Source: Minisyncoccota bacterium
GTDB taxonomy: Bacteria > Patescibacteriota > Minisyncoccia > Phycocordibacterales > XYD1-FULL-46-19
Length of the DNA: 64,000 nt
Direction of reading: 5' to 3'
NCBI GenBank assembly: GCA_041665625.1
Contig: JBAYIK010000004.1
Location: 26,503 to 90,502, forward strand
Below the pieces are notes generated by a model that was not told the origin of the DNA, did not search any database, and worked only from the letters and a program-made list of their open reading frames with translations. Positions 54,204 through 64,000 of this stretch are shown here, piece after piece. A program made the translations under genes and the position numbers. The first letter of the stretch is position 1. Each line of letters starts with the position of its first letter.

Positions 54204-54476
54204 CTATTTAACAGCGTCCTTCAAGGCCTTAGCAGGCTTGAATTTTGGCACATTCATAGCAGGAACATGCACGGCCTCACCGGTGCGAGGATTACGAGCC
54301 TCACGAGCCTTGCGGGCCTTAACAGCGAAGATACCGAGACCGGCGATAGAGACGTCATTACCTTTCTTAAGGCTTGAGATGATCGCATCGATCATTACGT
54401 CGACGGCTTTCTCAGCGCTGGCTTTGGTGCCACCGAGAGCTTCGGCCACGACTTCGACAATTCCTTGCTTGTTCAT
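54204..54476 (-). CDS. hup: DNA-binding protein HU
   Basis: MNK..., G.G.F....RKAR.ARNPRTGE......VPKFKPAKALKDAV. Confidence 0.95.
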   Translation of the reverse strand: MNKQGIVEVVAEALGGTKASAEKAVDVMIDAIISSLKKGNDVSIAGLGIFAVKARKAREARNPRTGEAVHVPAMNVPKFKPAKALKDAVK

Positions 54477-54589
54477 AGTGTTGTTATTTAGTTAAATTTG
54501 AAACAACTTATAATGAGGCCATTATAATATAAGGCTATTTTAGGGGCAAGCTCTCAAAGTGATTATCTTTACCCTTGACACAACCTCAA

Positions 54590-56581
54590 TTACATCATTG
54601 AGATCAAGAACGGGATGATGAGAAGGGCGACAATGTTCAAGATTTTGATCATCGGGTTGATGGCCGGGCCAGCGGTATCCTTGTAAGGATCACCAACGGT
54701 GTCACCAGTAACGGCGGCCTTGTGAGCATCGCTACCTTTACCCCCATGATTACCTAACTCAATATATTTCTTAGCATTATCCCAAGCACCACCACCGGAG
54801 GTCATGGAGATAGCAACGAAGAGACCTGTCACAATACTTCCTACTAAGAGACCACCCAAGGCAACTGGGCCTAAGATGAAGCCGACGAGGACAGGAGCGA
54901 GTACCGGGATAAGAGCGGGGAGTATCATTTGCTTAAGAGCGGCGGAGGTTACGATGTCAACGGCTTTGGCATAATCAGGCTTAGCGGTGCCAGCCATAAT
55001 GCCAGGGATCTCACGGAATTGGCGACGAACTTCGGTGACAACTTCACCCGCAGCTTTACCAACAGCTTCCATACAAAGGGCAGCAAAGTAATAAGGGAGT
55101 AAGCCTCCAATAAAGAGACCAACAATAACTTTAGGATCAGACAAAGAGAAAACTAAGTTACCAGCTTCTTGGGTATAAGAAGCGAAGAGAACGAGAGCGG
55201 CCAGGCCAGCGGAACCAATGGCATAACCCTTGGTGACAGCTTTGGTCGTATTACCGACAGCATCGAGAGGGTCAGTGACATCACGAACAGATTCTGGGAG
55301 CTCGGCCATCTCGGCGATACCTCCAGCGTTGTCAGTGATAGGACCATAGGCATCAATGGCGACAATAATACCAGCCATCGAGAGCATGCTCATGGCGGCA
55401 ATAGCGATACCATAGAGACCAGCGAGGTCATAAGCGGCTAAGATACCAATGACGATAGAGATAAGGGGAAGAGCTGTCGACTTCATCGACATGGCGAGAC
55501 CTTGGATGATGTTGGTGCCATGACCAGAGACGGAGGCCTCGGCAATGGACTTAACAGGATAATATTTGGTTGAAGTATAGTATTCAGTAATGATAACTAG
55601 AGCACCAGTAACCAAGAGGCCAACGATAGCAGAACCAAAGAGGGCTCCAACTGAATAGAGGCCATTCTCGGCCATCATCATGTTGGTGATGAAGTAGAAA
55701 GCGACAGCGGAGATAAGGCCAGAAGCAATAAGCCCCTTATAGAGGGCGCCCATAATATTCTGAGATTTTCCCATCTTTACAAACCATGTTCCGATAATGG
55801 AGGAAATAACGGCGGCGCCACCTAAGACTAGGGGATAGATAATGGCTGGGCTCCCCGCTTTGAAGAGGGAAAGACCAATAATCATACAGGCAATAGTAGT
55901 AACGGCATAAGTCTCGAAGAGGTCCGCGGCCATACCAGCACAGTCTCCAACATTGTCTCCAACATTGTCGGCAATAACGCCAGGGTTCCTAGGATCATCC
56001 TCGGGAATACCTGCTTCAACTTTACCAACTAAGTCGGTACCAACGTCAGCCGCTTTGGTAAAGATACCTCCACCAAGACGAGCAAAGATGGAGATTAAAG
56101 AAGCCCCAAAACCAAGACCGATAAGGGAGGCGACATCCTTGGTGATAGCGTAGAAACCAGCGACACCCAAGAGGGCGAGACCAACAACCAAGAGGCCGGT
56201 GACCGAACCCCCACGGAAGGCTAGGGTAAGAGCGGAGTCTAGGCCATCACGGGCCGCCTCGGTGGTGCGCACATTGGTGCGGACAGAGACGTTCATCCCG
56301 ATATAGCCAGTGGCGGCGGATAAAATCGCGCCCACCAAGAAGCCAATAGCTAGGGTGAGATTAAGGGCAATCCAGAGGATGAAGAAAAGGATAATGGCGA
56401 TAATCGCAATAGTCTTATACTGACGATTGAGATAAGCGCTCGCACCTTGCTGAATAGCGAGGGCAATTTCTTGCATGCGGGCATTACCAGCCGGCTTCTT
56501 CATGATCAAAGTAGCCAAGAAGAGACCATAAACGATAGCCAAAATGGCGGTTACGAGAGCAAAAATAATGTATGGATCCAT
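54590..56581 (-). CDS. hppA: Membrane-bound pyrophosphatase, K+-independent H+-pumping type
   Basis: [44 protein letters not shown] (Lys signature), [10 protein letters not shown]. Confidence 0.95.
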   Translation of the reverse strand: MDPYIIFALVTAILAIVYGLFLATLIMKKPAGNARMQEIALAIQQGASAYLNRQYKTIAIIAIILFFILWIALNLTLAIGFLVGAILSAATGYIGMNVSVRTNVRTTEAARDGLDSALTLAFRGGSVTGLLVVGLALLGVAGFYAITKDVASLIGLGFGASLISIFARLGGGIFTKAADVGTDLVGKVEAGIPEDDPRNPGVIADNVGDNVGDCAGMAADLFETYAVTTIACMIIGLSLFKAGSPAIIYPLVLGGAAVISSIIGTWFVKMGKSQNIMGALYKGLIASGLISAVAFYFITNMMMAENGLYSVGALFGSAIVGLLVTGALVIITEYYTSTKYYPVKSIAEASVSGHGTNIIQGLAMSMKSTALPLISIVIGILAAYDLAGLYGIAIAAMSMLSMAGIIVAIDAYGPITDNAGGIAEMAELPESVRDVTDPLDAVGNTTKAVTKGYAIGSAGLAALVLFASYTQEAGNLVFSLSDPKVIVGLFIGGLLPYYFAALCMEAVGKAAGEVVTEVRRQFREIPGIMAGTAKPDYAKAVDIVTSAALKQMILPALIPVLAPVLVGFILGPVALGGLLVGSIVTGLFVAISMTSGGGAWDNAKKYIELGNHGGKGSDAHKAAVTGDTVGDPYKDTAGPAINPMIKILNIVALLIIPFLISMM

Positions 56582-56707
56582 AAAATTAATAAATTACGGT
56601 TAATAATAATTGCTAAATAATCCCTGTATACTAACATATTTTGGCAATTTGGCCAGAGAAAAGAAAGCCCCCGTTTCGCCAAGGCGAAACGGGGGCTTTC
56701 TCGTTTT

Positions 56708-58237
56708 TTATCTCGCGTAATCGATAACTCTCGTTTCTCTGATAACGGTAATCTTGATTTCTCCTGGATATTTGAGCTCTTGCTCAATGCGGAGAGCGAT
56801 ATCACGGGCAATTTTGCGAGCCTCGAGGTCATTAACCTCTTCGGGTCGGATGAAGACACGGATTTCTCGACCAGCGGCAATGGCATAGGTCTTCTCAATG
56901 CCCGAGAAGGAATTGGCAATGTCTTCGAGATCCTTTAAGCGCTTGAGATAATTCTCTAAGCTATCGCGACGAGCACCAGGGCGGGAGGATGAGATAGCAT
57001 CGGCCACTTTCACAATCACCGCTTCTAAGGTCTCGTAAGGATATTCTTCATGGTGACTCTTCATCGCCGTAATGACGGCCTCTGGAGCACCAAACTTCTC
57101 TAAGATACGCTTGCCAATCTCTACGTGAGTACCGGGGATCTCATGATCAACAGCTTTGCCCAGGTCGTGTAAGAGGGCACCAGCTTTGGCCACTTGTGGG
57201 TCACCACCAAGCTCTTCGGCCAACATTCCTGCCAAGTGTGCTACTTCAATTGAGTGCTGAAGAACATTCTGGCCATAAGAGGTGCGGAAATGGAGACGAC
57301 CAAGGATAATGAGGACACGGGGATCAAGGTTCAAGACGCCAACTTCATAAGCGGCGGCTTCACCCTTCTCCTTAATGATTTTAGAAATTTCTTCGCGCGC
57401 TTTCTCGACAGTCTCCTCAATCTTAGCGGGTTGGATACGGCCATCGGCGATCAGGTTCTGAAGAGCGATGCGAGCAATCTGACGACGAACAGGGTCGAAG
57501 GAAGAGAGGACAATGGAGCCAGGGGTATCATCAATAATGACTTCAACCCCAGTCGCTTTCTCAAAGGCGCGGATATTGCGCCCCTCTTTACCGATAATCT
57601 TACCCTTAAGATCGTCAGAGGCAATATCAATAATGGTGGACATTACTTCGGTAACCGTGGAGGTGGAGAGGCGTTGTAGGACAGTACTCATAACCTCTTT
57701 GGCTTTATTCTCTAGCCGATCTGTACCCTCAGCTTCCATCTTCTTAAGGCGAGAGAGAATATCATCTTCACTGCCACGCTCTACTGTCTTAATTAATTCA
57801 GCTTTGGCTTCGTCAACTGAGAGACGACTCACACGCTCAAGCTCCTTGTTCTTAATCTCTTCGGCTTGAGAGATACGCTCTTTAATTTCTTTTACTTCCT
57901 CGATCTTCTTCTTGATCTCGTCGGCGTCACGGTCAATGTCGCCCTGTCTCTTGTCCAAGAGTTCGTCCTTGTTTAGGAGACGGTCCTCCATTTTTTTAAG
58001 TTGGGCCTCTTTTTCCTCGGCTTTAACTTTAACTTCATTAGTAATTTTGTTGGCCTCTTCTTCGGCCTCAGCGACAATTTTCTGGGCCTTGTCTTTAGCC
58101 TCGAGGAAACCTTGCTTGACCTGTAACTCCATCGAGCCCTTCTGGGCGGAGAGAATGAGGTAACGCAAAAGGTACCCTACAGCAATACCAAAGGCTCCGG
58201 TTGCTCCGGCGAGGAGGAATGCAATTTTTAAACTCAT
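56708..58237 (-). CDS. rny: Ribonuclease Y
   Basis: N-terminal TM, coiled coil, KH (KG.IIGKEGRNIR), HD (LLHDLGK), SRPGARR. Confidence 0.96.
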   Translation of the reverse strand: MSLKIAFLLAGATGAFGIAVGYLLRYLILSAQKGSMELQVKQGFLEAKDKAQKIVAEAEEEANKITNEVKVKAEEKEAQLKKMEDRLLNKDELLDKRQGDIDRDADEIKKKIEEVKEIKERISQAEEIKNKELERVSRLSVDEAKAELIKTVERGSEDDILSRLKKMEAEGTDRLENKAKEVMSTVLQRLSTSTVTEVMSTIIDIASDDLKGKIIGKEGRNIRAFEKATGVEVIIDDTPGSIVLSSFDPVRRQIARIALQNLIADGRIQPAKIEETVEKAREEISKIIKEKGEAAAYEVGVLNLDPRVLIILGRLHFRTSYGQNVLQHSIEVAHLAGMLAEELGGDPQVAKAGALLHDLGKAVDHEIPGTHVEIGKRILEKFGAPEAVITAMKSHHEEYPYETLEAVIVKVADAISSSRPGARRDSLENYLKRLKDLEDIANSFSGIEKTYAIAAGREIRVFIRPEEVNDLEARKIARDIALRIEQELKYPGEIKITVIRETRVIDYAR

Positions 58238-58469
58238 AAGCGTGCTGCCGCTCGGTATTTTTACACGGTATTTTTAGACAACGAAGGAGAAATCAAGGTT
58301 TTTTGCCTTAACTTTAAGGGGATTTGAGGTGGTAATTGATTTCTTAATCATGACCGGCTAGAGACCAAACGGACTTAAAATGTTAATGTTTCTAATAAAT
58401 TTACAACCAATTTGATTTAATATCGAATGTTTTAATGATACCAGACGAACGGCCGGCGGTCAAACTGTT

Positions 58470-58587
58470 AAAAACCAGCCACTTGGAGGTGAAACCTCCA
58501 AGTGGCTGGTTTTTAATTACAACATACCAAAAATGTTCAACATCCGATGTTGAACATTTTTCCGCTAGGCATTGCCTAGCGGAAATT
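58470..58587. repeat. Cluster of three palindromes
   Basis: AAAAACCAGCCACTTGGAGGT-GAA-ACCTCCAAGTGGCTGGTTTTT; AAAATGTTCAACATCCGATGTTGAACATTTT; TTTCCGCTAGGCATTGCCTAGCGGAAA. Confidence 0.75.
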
Positions 58588-58637
58588 TTCTCCACTTCTT
58601 TTAATTACCCCAAGTTGCTATAATTTGAGGTAATTAT

Positions 58638-59480
58638 ATGGTTAAAATTACCACTCAAATTGCCCTATTCAAAGGCAAGCAAATCAGAAAGATTATTCAT
58701 AATAACGAGTGGTGGTTTTCGGTTGTGGATATTGTCGAAGCGCTAACAGATAGTTTGAAACCCCGCGTTTATTGGAACGCGATGAAAACAAGGGTTAAGA
58801 GTACTGATGGATTTCAGTTGTCTACAATTTGTCGACAACTGAAATTAGAGTCTTCTGATGGCAAAAAGTATGAGACTGATTGTGCTAACACTGAAGGTGT
58901 CTTCCGTATCATTCAGTCCATTCCATCGCCTAAGGCCGAACCTTTCAAACGTTGGCTGGCGAAAGTCGGTTATGAACGAGTCCAAGAAATCGAAGATCCG
59001 GAGTTGGCCGCCCAAAGGGCTCGGACGATTTATCGAGCCAAGGGTTATCCAGAAGCGTGGATCGAAAAAAGAATGAGGGGTATTGAAGTTAGGGAAACTT
59101 TGACCACCGAATGGAAAAATAGAGGCGCCAAAGAAAAAATTGAATTTGCGATACTAACTAATGAAATTTTGAAAGAAACTTTTGACCTGACGGCGGATGG
59201 TTATAAAAAAGTCAAAGGCCTTAAGCGAGAAAATCTTCGCGATCATATGGATGACATTGAATTAATTTTAACGATGCTAGGGGAAGCTACCACTACTCGT
59301 CTCCATCAAGACCGAGACTCAAAAGGACTTCCTTTATTAAAAAGAGATGCCAAAGACGGCGGCAAAGTAGCTGGCCGAACGAGAAAGGATATTGAGCAAA
59401 AATCCGGTAAGTCAGTAATTTCCAAAAATAATTTTAAAAAGTTAAGCCCTACTTCTCACAAATCTAAAAAATTGCTATAA
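58638..59480 (+). CDS. BRO-N domain (phage antirepressor-like) protein
   Basis: W.FSVVD....LT, DGK...TD......FRIIQSIPSPKAEPFK.WLA.VG.ER..EI.DPEL, ENLRDHM. Confidence 0.88.
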   Translation: MVKITTQIALFKGKQIRKIIHNNEWWFSVVDIVEALTDSLKPRVYWNAMKTRVKSTDGFQLSTICRQLKLESSDGKKYETDCANTEGVFRIIQSIPSPKAEPFKRWLAKVGYERVQEIEDPELAAQRARTIYRAKGYPEAWIEKRMRGIEVRETLTTEWKNRGAKEKIEFAILTNEILKETFDLTADGYKKVKGLKRENLRDHMDDIELILTMLGEATTTRLHQDRDSKGLPLLKRDAKDGGKVAGRTRKDIEQKSGKSVISKNNFKKLSPTSHKSKKLL

Positions 59481-59494
59481 TCTGAGGTAATTAT

Positions 59495-62400
59495 ATGAAA
59501 TATGAAAAATCCACTTTTTACTCCCGCCAGAGGCGGGCAAGCTCTCTCTCTCTCTCTCTCGTAATCGCCCTGGGAATTCTTTTTAGTTTCCCGTCCTTGG
59601 CGAGTGCGGCTGTTGATTGCACAAACACTGGCGTTACTGGTGTTCCTCAAATTGAATGTGAAGCATTGATGGCTTTATATAATGGCACAACAGGGTCAGG
59701 TTGGACTACTAAGACAAATTGGGATACCGCCTCTGCTATTAGTACCTGGTCTGGAGTGACCGTTTCAAGTGGTCACGTAACTGTTATAAATATTAGTAAT
59801 TATCATCTCGTTGGTTCACTTCCTGCTGAACTTGGCAATTTGACTTCTCTTATTTCTCTAACAATAAAAAGTAATTCCACTGGGCTGACAGGCTCTATCC
59901 CATCTTCTATAGGTAATCTTACTAATTTATTAGCCACAAATTTATCAGCAAACGCACTTTCTGGTAGTATTCCAACCACGATTGGTAATTTAACTAAACT
60001 CACATCTTTAAATTTATTTGGCAATCAGTTAACCGGAGCAATTCCCACTGAAATTGGTAATTTAACGAATTTGACAACATTATACTTACGTTCTAATCAA
60101 TTATCCGGAAGCATCCCTACAGAATTGACTAATTTAACAAAACTTACTTCTCTTTATCTTGATACTAACCAATTGTCAGGTTCAATCCCATCGGGTCTTT
60201 CTAGTAAATTAGTAACCCTTTGGTTAAATTCTAATCAGTTGTCGGGGGCTTTGCCTCACGATATTGCTAGCATGCCTCTTACTGGTTTCAAAATAGATAC
60301 AAATAATTTTGTGTTTAGTGACTTCGAGTCAGATTTTAGTAGCTATTGCACTAGTTCTCCTTCTTCTTTTGTGTATACGCCCCAGGCTACTGTCGACACA
60401 GTAAGATCTTTAGTTTTTAATAATGGAGATACTCTGACCATTACCTCATCTATAACATCTGGATCCTATGATTTATATCAATGGTATAAGGATGACACAA
60501 TAATTCCTGGAGCAACTTCAAGAGTTTTTACAAAAACAGCGGATGAGAGAACGGACAGTGGTGTTTATTCTTATCGAGTGACAAACAGTGTCGCCACAGC
60601 CTTAACTCTACAGTCAAATAATATAACAGTCAGCATTGCACCTAATCCTCCTGTTTCGGATAACATTTATTATATTGTCGTGAATAATGGTGTTTGGGTT
60701 AGAGGTTCTGTCTCTCCTGATAAGGACATCTCTCAATACTATGATCTTGATGCAACAGATAATCATAATGTTAATTATGGCCCCAATTACATCATAAGTA
60801 GTACCACCCCAAACAATGTCAATAGTTATGATAGCGGTACGCTTATTGGTGGCTATGATGATAGTGTTGCTCCACTCCAAACAGAAAATGTTGGTTATAT
60901 TATGACTAATCATGGATTGATTGTTCCGGTCGTTACTAGCGTTGGACATAATAAAACTAGCGCTGACATTGGCAGTCGTTGGAGTGATGGTTCGCATCAG
61001 TTTATTCTCGTTGAAATTTTAGGCAACGCTTTGACTTTTTATTCCATACCATATGGTTCCCCTTGGGCCATGTCTTATACTGTTGCTGGGGCCCTTACCC
61101 ATGTTTCTGGGGCAACTAATACTGGTAATATTACAGTTACCTCTCAGGTAGCAACTCAAATGTATCCCGTTTTGAAAAATTTAACGCATAATATTCTCGT
61201 TAATGGGGTTTCAGAAGCGACAAGTAGCGACAGCACTTATGCCGGTTATGCTGATTACATTGATATCGTAGAGGAATTTGATTTAATTGATCCATCAACT
61301 CTTGTCACCACAAATAATCCGTTTGTTTGGAACGATGCCACAAGTACTTGGATACACGTCGAAAACACCTTCAAGGTTTCCGCAGGAAAAACCATATTCC
61401 ATGCCGTCTATGAAGTTATGCGACCAATTAATTTTAATTATTTTGGGATAATTCAAACAAAACCACTTTCCTCGACTGAGCATGACAATTTGTACTATTA
61501 TGTGCCAAAAACTAAACCTATCGGAGGATATGATTTTAAAAATACGCAGTTGTTAAATTCGGCTCCAACAACAACTATTGCCTTCACCTCGCCATATATT
61601 GACGACCTTAACAGCCCCCCTGATCGTCAGACGATGTTTTTGAAGAAGAATGCTGAAAGTAATTATGATATTGGTCTTGCTTTTGGCTATAGTCCCTTAT
61701 CGTCATCTACTAGAGATTGTTTGGATTATGGTCAGGGTTGCTGGTGGATTTATACATCAAAGAAAGTATACCCCGTTTATGTTGGGGGCACAGGGGTGAC
61801 TAATAGCGGAACTTATGATGTCTATGCCTATCGTCAATGGATTGATCCTAAAATGTATAATATTAATAAAAGTGCTTATTGGAATAACCAAGACGGGCAT
61901 GACTATGTTTATGTCGATTATCATGAAAGTGTGACGGATGACATAACGGCATTACCTACATCATATGTGGGTAAAGCAATTCGGGTCGTAGAGTCAGAAA
62001 ATATTTCTCTTGCTCAGACAAACGTACCAGTCACGGGATTATCGTTATCTACGACAGGGGTAAATACCTATGGTTATGTGGTCTTGGAGCTTTATGATGA
62101 TAATGTTGCTCCCGCTGTTTCTATCTCCGCTCCCACTGAGAACTCGGTTGTCTCTGGTAACTCTGTCACTCTAACCACTAACGCTTCAGATGATATTGGG
62201 TTAGCTTCTATTCAATTCAAAATTGATGGCGTGAGCTATGGCCCCACTTCAGCCGTTAGCCCCTATTCTCTCACCTGGGACTCCACCACCGTCTCTGATG
62301 GCCCCCATAGCTTGGTGGCTGTCGCTCTTGATACCTCTGGCAACTACGCCACCTCTTCCGCTGTCACTTTCACTGTCCACAATATCCCCACCCCCTCTCA

Positions 62401-62827
62401 TTCTGGCGGTACCGTCCAAAGCCAAATCACTAACCTCCTGGCCATGGGCAACACTGAACTCGCTTCTGAACTCCAAGCCAAGTATTTCCCCGCCTCTTCC
62501 ACCGACCTCACCACCCTTAAAGCCAAACTCGCTCTTCTCCTAGCCCAAATCAAAGCTCTTCAAGACACTACTCCCACCCCCACTTTTACTTTCACCCAAG
62601 ATCTTAAACTCGGCACCAAACATCAAGAAGTTAAACTCTTACAACAATTCTTAAATACCCATGGCTTCTTAGTGGATACTACAGGGGCTGGTTCTCCTGG
62701 TCAGGAGACAACCCTCTTTGGCAAACTAACTCAACAAGCTCTTATCAAGTTCCAGCAAGCCAACAAGATTAAGCCAGCCAAGGGGTACTTCGGGCCGATT
62801 ACGCGCAAGGTGGTGGAGAAGTTTTAA
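59495..62827 (+). CDS. Large surface protein: plant-type LRR, Ig-like, unknown central domain, Big-like domain, C-terminal peptidoglycan-binding domain
   Basis: Signal peptide; ECEALMALY...W cap; L..N.L.G.IP..IGNLT repeats; YQWYKD; PY..WD....DG.H; GAGSPGQET..FG..T..AL.KFQ. Confidence 0.85.
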   Translation: MKYEKSTFYSRQRRASSLSLSLVIALGILFSFPSLASAAVDCTNTGVTGVPQIECEALMALYNGTTGSGWTTKTNWDTASAISTWSGVTVSSGHVTVINISNYHLVGSLPAELGNLTSLISLTIKSNSTGLTGSIPSSIGNLTNLLATNLSANALSGSIPTTIGNLTKLTSLNLFGNQLTGAIPTEIGNLTNLTTLYLRSNQLSGSIPTELTNLTKLTSLYLDTNQLSGSIPSGLSSKLVTLWLNSNQLSGALPHDIASMPLTGFKIDTNNFVFSDFESDFSSYCTSSPSSFVYTPQATVDTVRSLVFNNGDTLTITSSITSGSYDLYQWYKDDTIIPGATSRVFTKTADERTDSGVYSYRVTNSVATALTLQSNNITVSIAPNPPVSDNIYYIVVNNGVWVRGSVSPDKDISQYYDLDATDNHNVNYGPNYIISSTTPNNVNSYDSGTLIGGYDDSVAPLQTENVGYIMTNHGLIVPVVTSVGHNKTSADIGSRWSDGSHQFILVEILGNALTFYSIPYGSPWAMSYTVAGALTHVSGATNTGNITVTSQVATQMYPVLKNLTHNILVNGVSEATSSDSTYAGYADYIDIVEEFDLIDPSTLVTTNNPFVWNDATSTWIHVENTFKVSAGKTIFHAVYEVMRPINFNYFGIIQTKPLSSTEHDNLYYYVPKTKPIGGYDFKNTQLLNSAPTTTIAFTSPYIDDLNSPPDRQTMFLKKNAESNYDIGLAFGYSPLSSSTRDCLDYGQGCWWIYTSKKVYPVYVGGTGVTNSGTYDVYAYRQWIDPKMYNINKSAYWNNQDGHDYVYVDYHESVTDDITALPTSYVGKAIRVVESENISLAQTNVPVTGLSLSTTGVNTYGYVVLELYDDNVAPAVSISAPTENSVVSGNSVTLTTNASDDIGLASIQFKIDGVSYGPTSAVSPYSLTWDSTTVSDGPHSLVAVALDTSGNYATSSAVTFTVHNIPTPSHSGGTVQSQITNLLAMGNTELASELQAKYFPASSTDLTTLKAKLALLLAQIKALQDTTPTPTFTFTQDLKLGTKHQEVKLLQQFLNTHGFLVDTTGAGSPGQETTLFGKLTQQALIKFQQANKIKPAKGYFGPITRKVVEKF

Positions 62828-62833
62828 TTAAAC

Positions 62834-62884
62834 AAAATCAAAAAAAAGGGGGGAAAGCTTAGCCACCCCCTTTTTTTTGATTTT
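62834..62884. terminator. Terminator hairpin
   Basis: AAAATCAAAAAAAAGGGGG...CCCCCTTTTTTTTGATTTT. Confidence 0.7.
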
Positions 62885-62905
62885 GCTGATGATGATGTTA
62901 AAATT

Positions 62906-63436
62906 ATGAGAATGAAAAAAGAAAATAATATTGCTTTTGTCGATGGACAAAATTTGCACCTGGGCACAATGCTAAATAATTGGCGGGTCGATTTATGGAA
63001 ATTTAAAGTTTACCTTAAAGATAAGTATCATGTCACTGAGGCTTATTATTTTTTGGGCTATGTTTCTGACGATGAAAAAGATCTATATGATAACTTGCAG
63101 AAATCAGGCTTCACTCTTTGTTTTAAAGAACATCTTTCTCTTTTGAAAGGATCAAAAAAGGGAAATGTTGATACCGACATTGTCTTTGAGATTATGAAAA
63201 ATCTGATGGACAATAAAGATTTTGATAAAATTGTTTTAGTTTCTGGTGATGGAGATTATAAAAAAGTCGTTGATTATTTAATAAAGAAAGATAAGTTTAG
63301 AAAAGTACTCTTTCCTAACAGGAAATTTGCTTCGTCTTTGTATAAAACTCTAGATTTATCCTTTTACGATAACCTAGACAACCCTGACATTAAGGCGAAA
63401 ATTGAATATTTACAGAAAAAGAAAAGGGCTCCTTAG
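62906..63436 (+). CDS. NYN domain protein
   Basis: AFVDGQNL, KGNVD, SGDGDY. Confidence 0.88.
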   Translation: MRMKKENNIAFVDGQNLHLGTMLNNWRVDLWKFKVYLKDKYHVTEAYYFLGYVSDDEKDLYDNLQKSGFTLCFKEHLSLLKGSKKGNVDTDIVFEIMKNLMDNKDFDKIVLVSGDGDYKKVVDYLIKKDKFRKVLFPNRKFASSLYKTLDLSFYDNLDNPDIKAKIEYLQKKKRAP

Positions 63437-63510
63437 GCACTCACACCTTTTGGATCCCTTCTCGTATGGATATGTTGTTATTATAACAAAGTGAAAATAT
63501 AAGTCAAGTT

Positions 63511-64000
63511 TTATTTGCCCTTACTCTTAATTATCTCATCGATAATGCCGTATTTTTTGCTTTCTTCGGCCGAGAGGTAGAAGTCGCGGTCGAGATCTTT
63601 CTCAATCTTCTCTTCGGTCTGACCCGTGTTCTTAGCCATGATCTTGGTGAGGTTCTTCTTAGTTTTAATGATATGTTCGGCCGTTATCGCAATGTCAGAG
63701 GCCTGCCCTTCAGTTCCACCGAGAGGTTGGTGAATCATAATCTCGGCATTTGGGAGAGCAAGTCTCTTACCTTTAGCTCCAGAAGAGAGAACCCAAGCCC
63801 CACCTGAGGCGGCCATACCGACACAGACAGTCGAGACATCGGGTTTGATATAATTCATCGTATCAATAATGGCGAGGGTTGAAGTAACAGAGCCACCAGG
63901 AGAGTTTACATAAAGTGTAATATCCTTAGATCCATCTTCGGCGGCTAAGAAGAGGAGTTGGGCGATAATGATATTGGCAAGGTTGTCGTCGATGCCACCA
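63511..64000 (-). CDS. clpP: ATP-dependent Clp protease proteolytic subunit (5' end beyond window)
   Basis: AQLLFL...[24 protein letters not shown]...SAEE...YG.ID. Confidence 0.95.
   Translation of the reverse strand, partial: GGIDDNLANIIIAQLLFLAAEDGSKDITLYVNSPGGSVTSTLAIIDTMNYIKPDVSTVCVGMAASGGAWVLSSGAKGKRLALPNAEIMIHQPLGGTEGQASDIAITAEHIIKTKKNLTKIMAKNTGQTEEKIEKDLDRDFYLSAEESKKYGIIDEIIKSKGK

Overview
The window looks like chromosomal DNA from a Patescibacteria/CPR (Parcubacteria-like) bacterium using genetic code 11; this assignment is inferred from gene content and style. Positions 1-21.7 kb hold the CPR-type minimal type IV secretion/pilus locus (pilin, VirB4, PrgI/VirB3-like, VirB6-like, VirD4-like) with several peptidoglycan-active secreted proteins. 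Housekeeping genes are spread through the window: rsmA, pcrA, comM, pnp, rpsO, a Xer recombinase, cca, six tRNAs, a DEAD-box helicase, alr, HU, hppA, rny and clpP. Accessory modules inserted around pnp-NYN-rpsO (about 29.7-39.8 kb) carry their own sigma70 promoters, boxA-like motifs, strong Shine-Dalgarno (SD) sites and terminators. The main observation is a predicted ~3-kb minus-strand transcript (39.06 to 36.12 kb) containing three intact type III hammerhead ribozymes with covarying stems. Their cleavage sites are 1051 and 1018 nt apart. Each ~1-kb unit reads: ribozyme, boxA-like motif, conserved hairpin, ~350-400-nt structured RNA, hairpin, boxA-like motif, SD, orphan ORF. This suggests a self-processing, possibly circularising, retrozyme-like RNA cassette system. 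A divergent structured RNA with two SD-AUG-NNN-GAC-UAG minigenes, an OprO/P-like porin in a presumed monoderm, a CT tract in a surface LRR gene and several palindromic micro-repeats were also noted. All calls are by eye; no database search or folding program was run.
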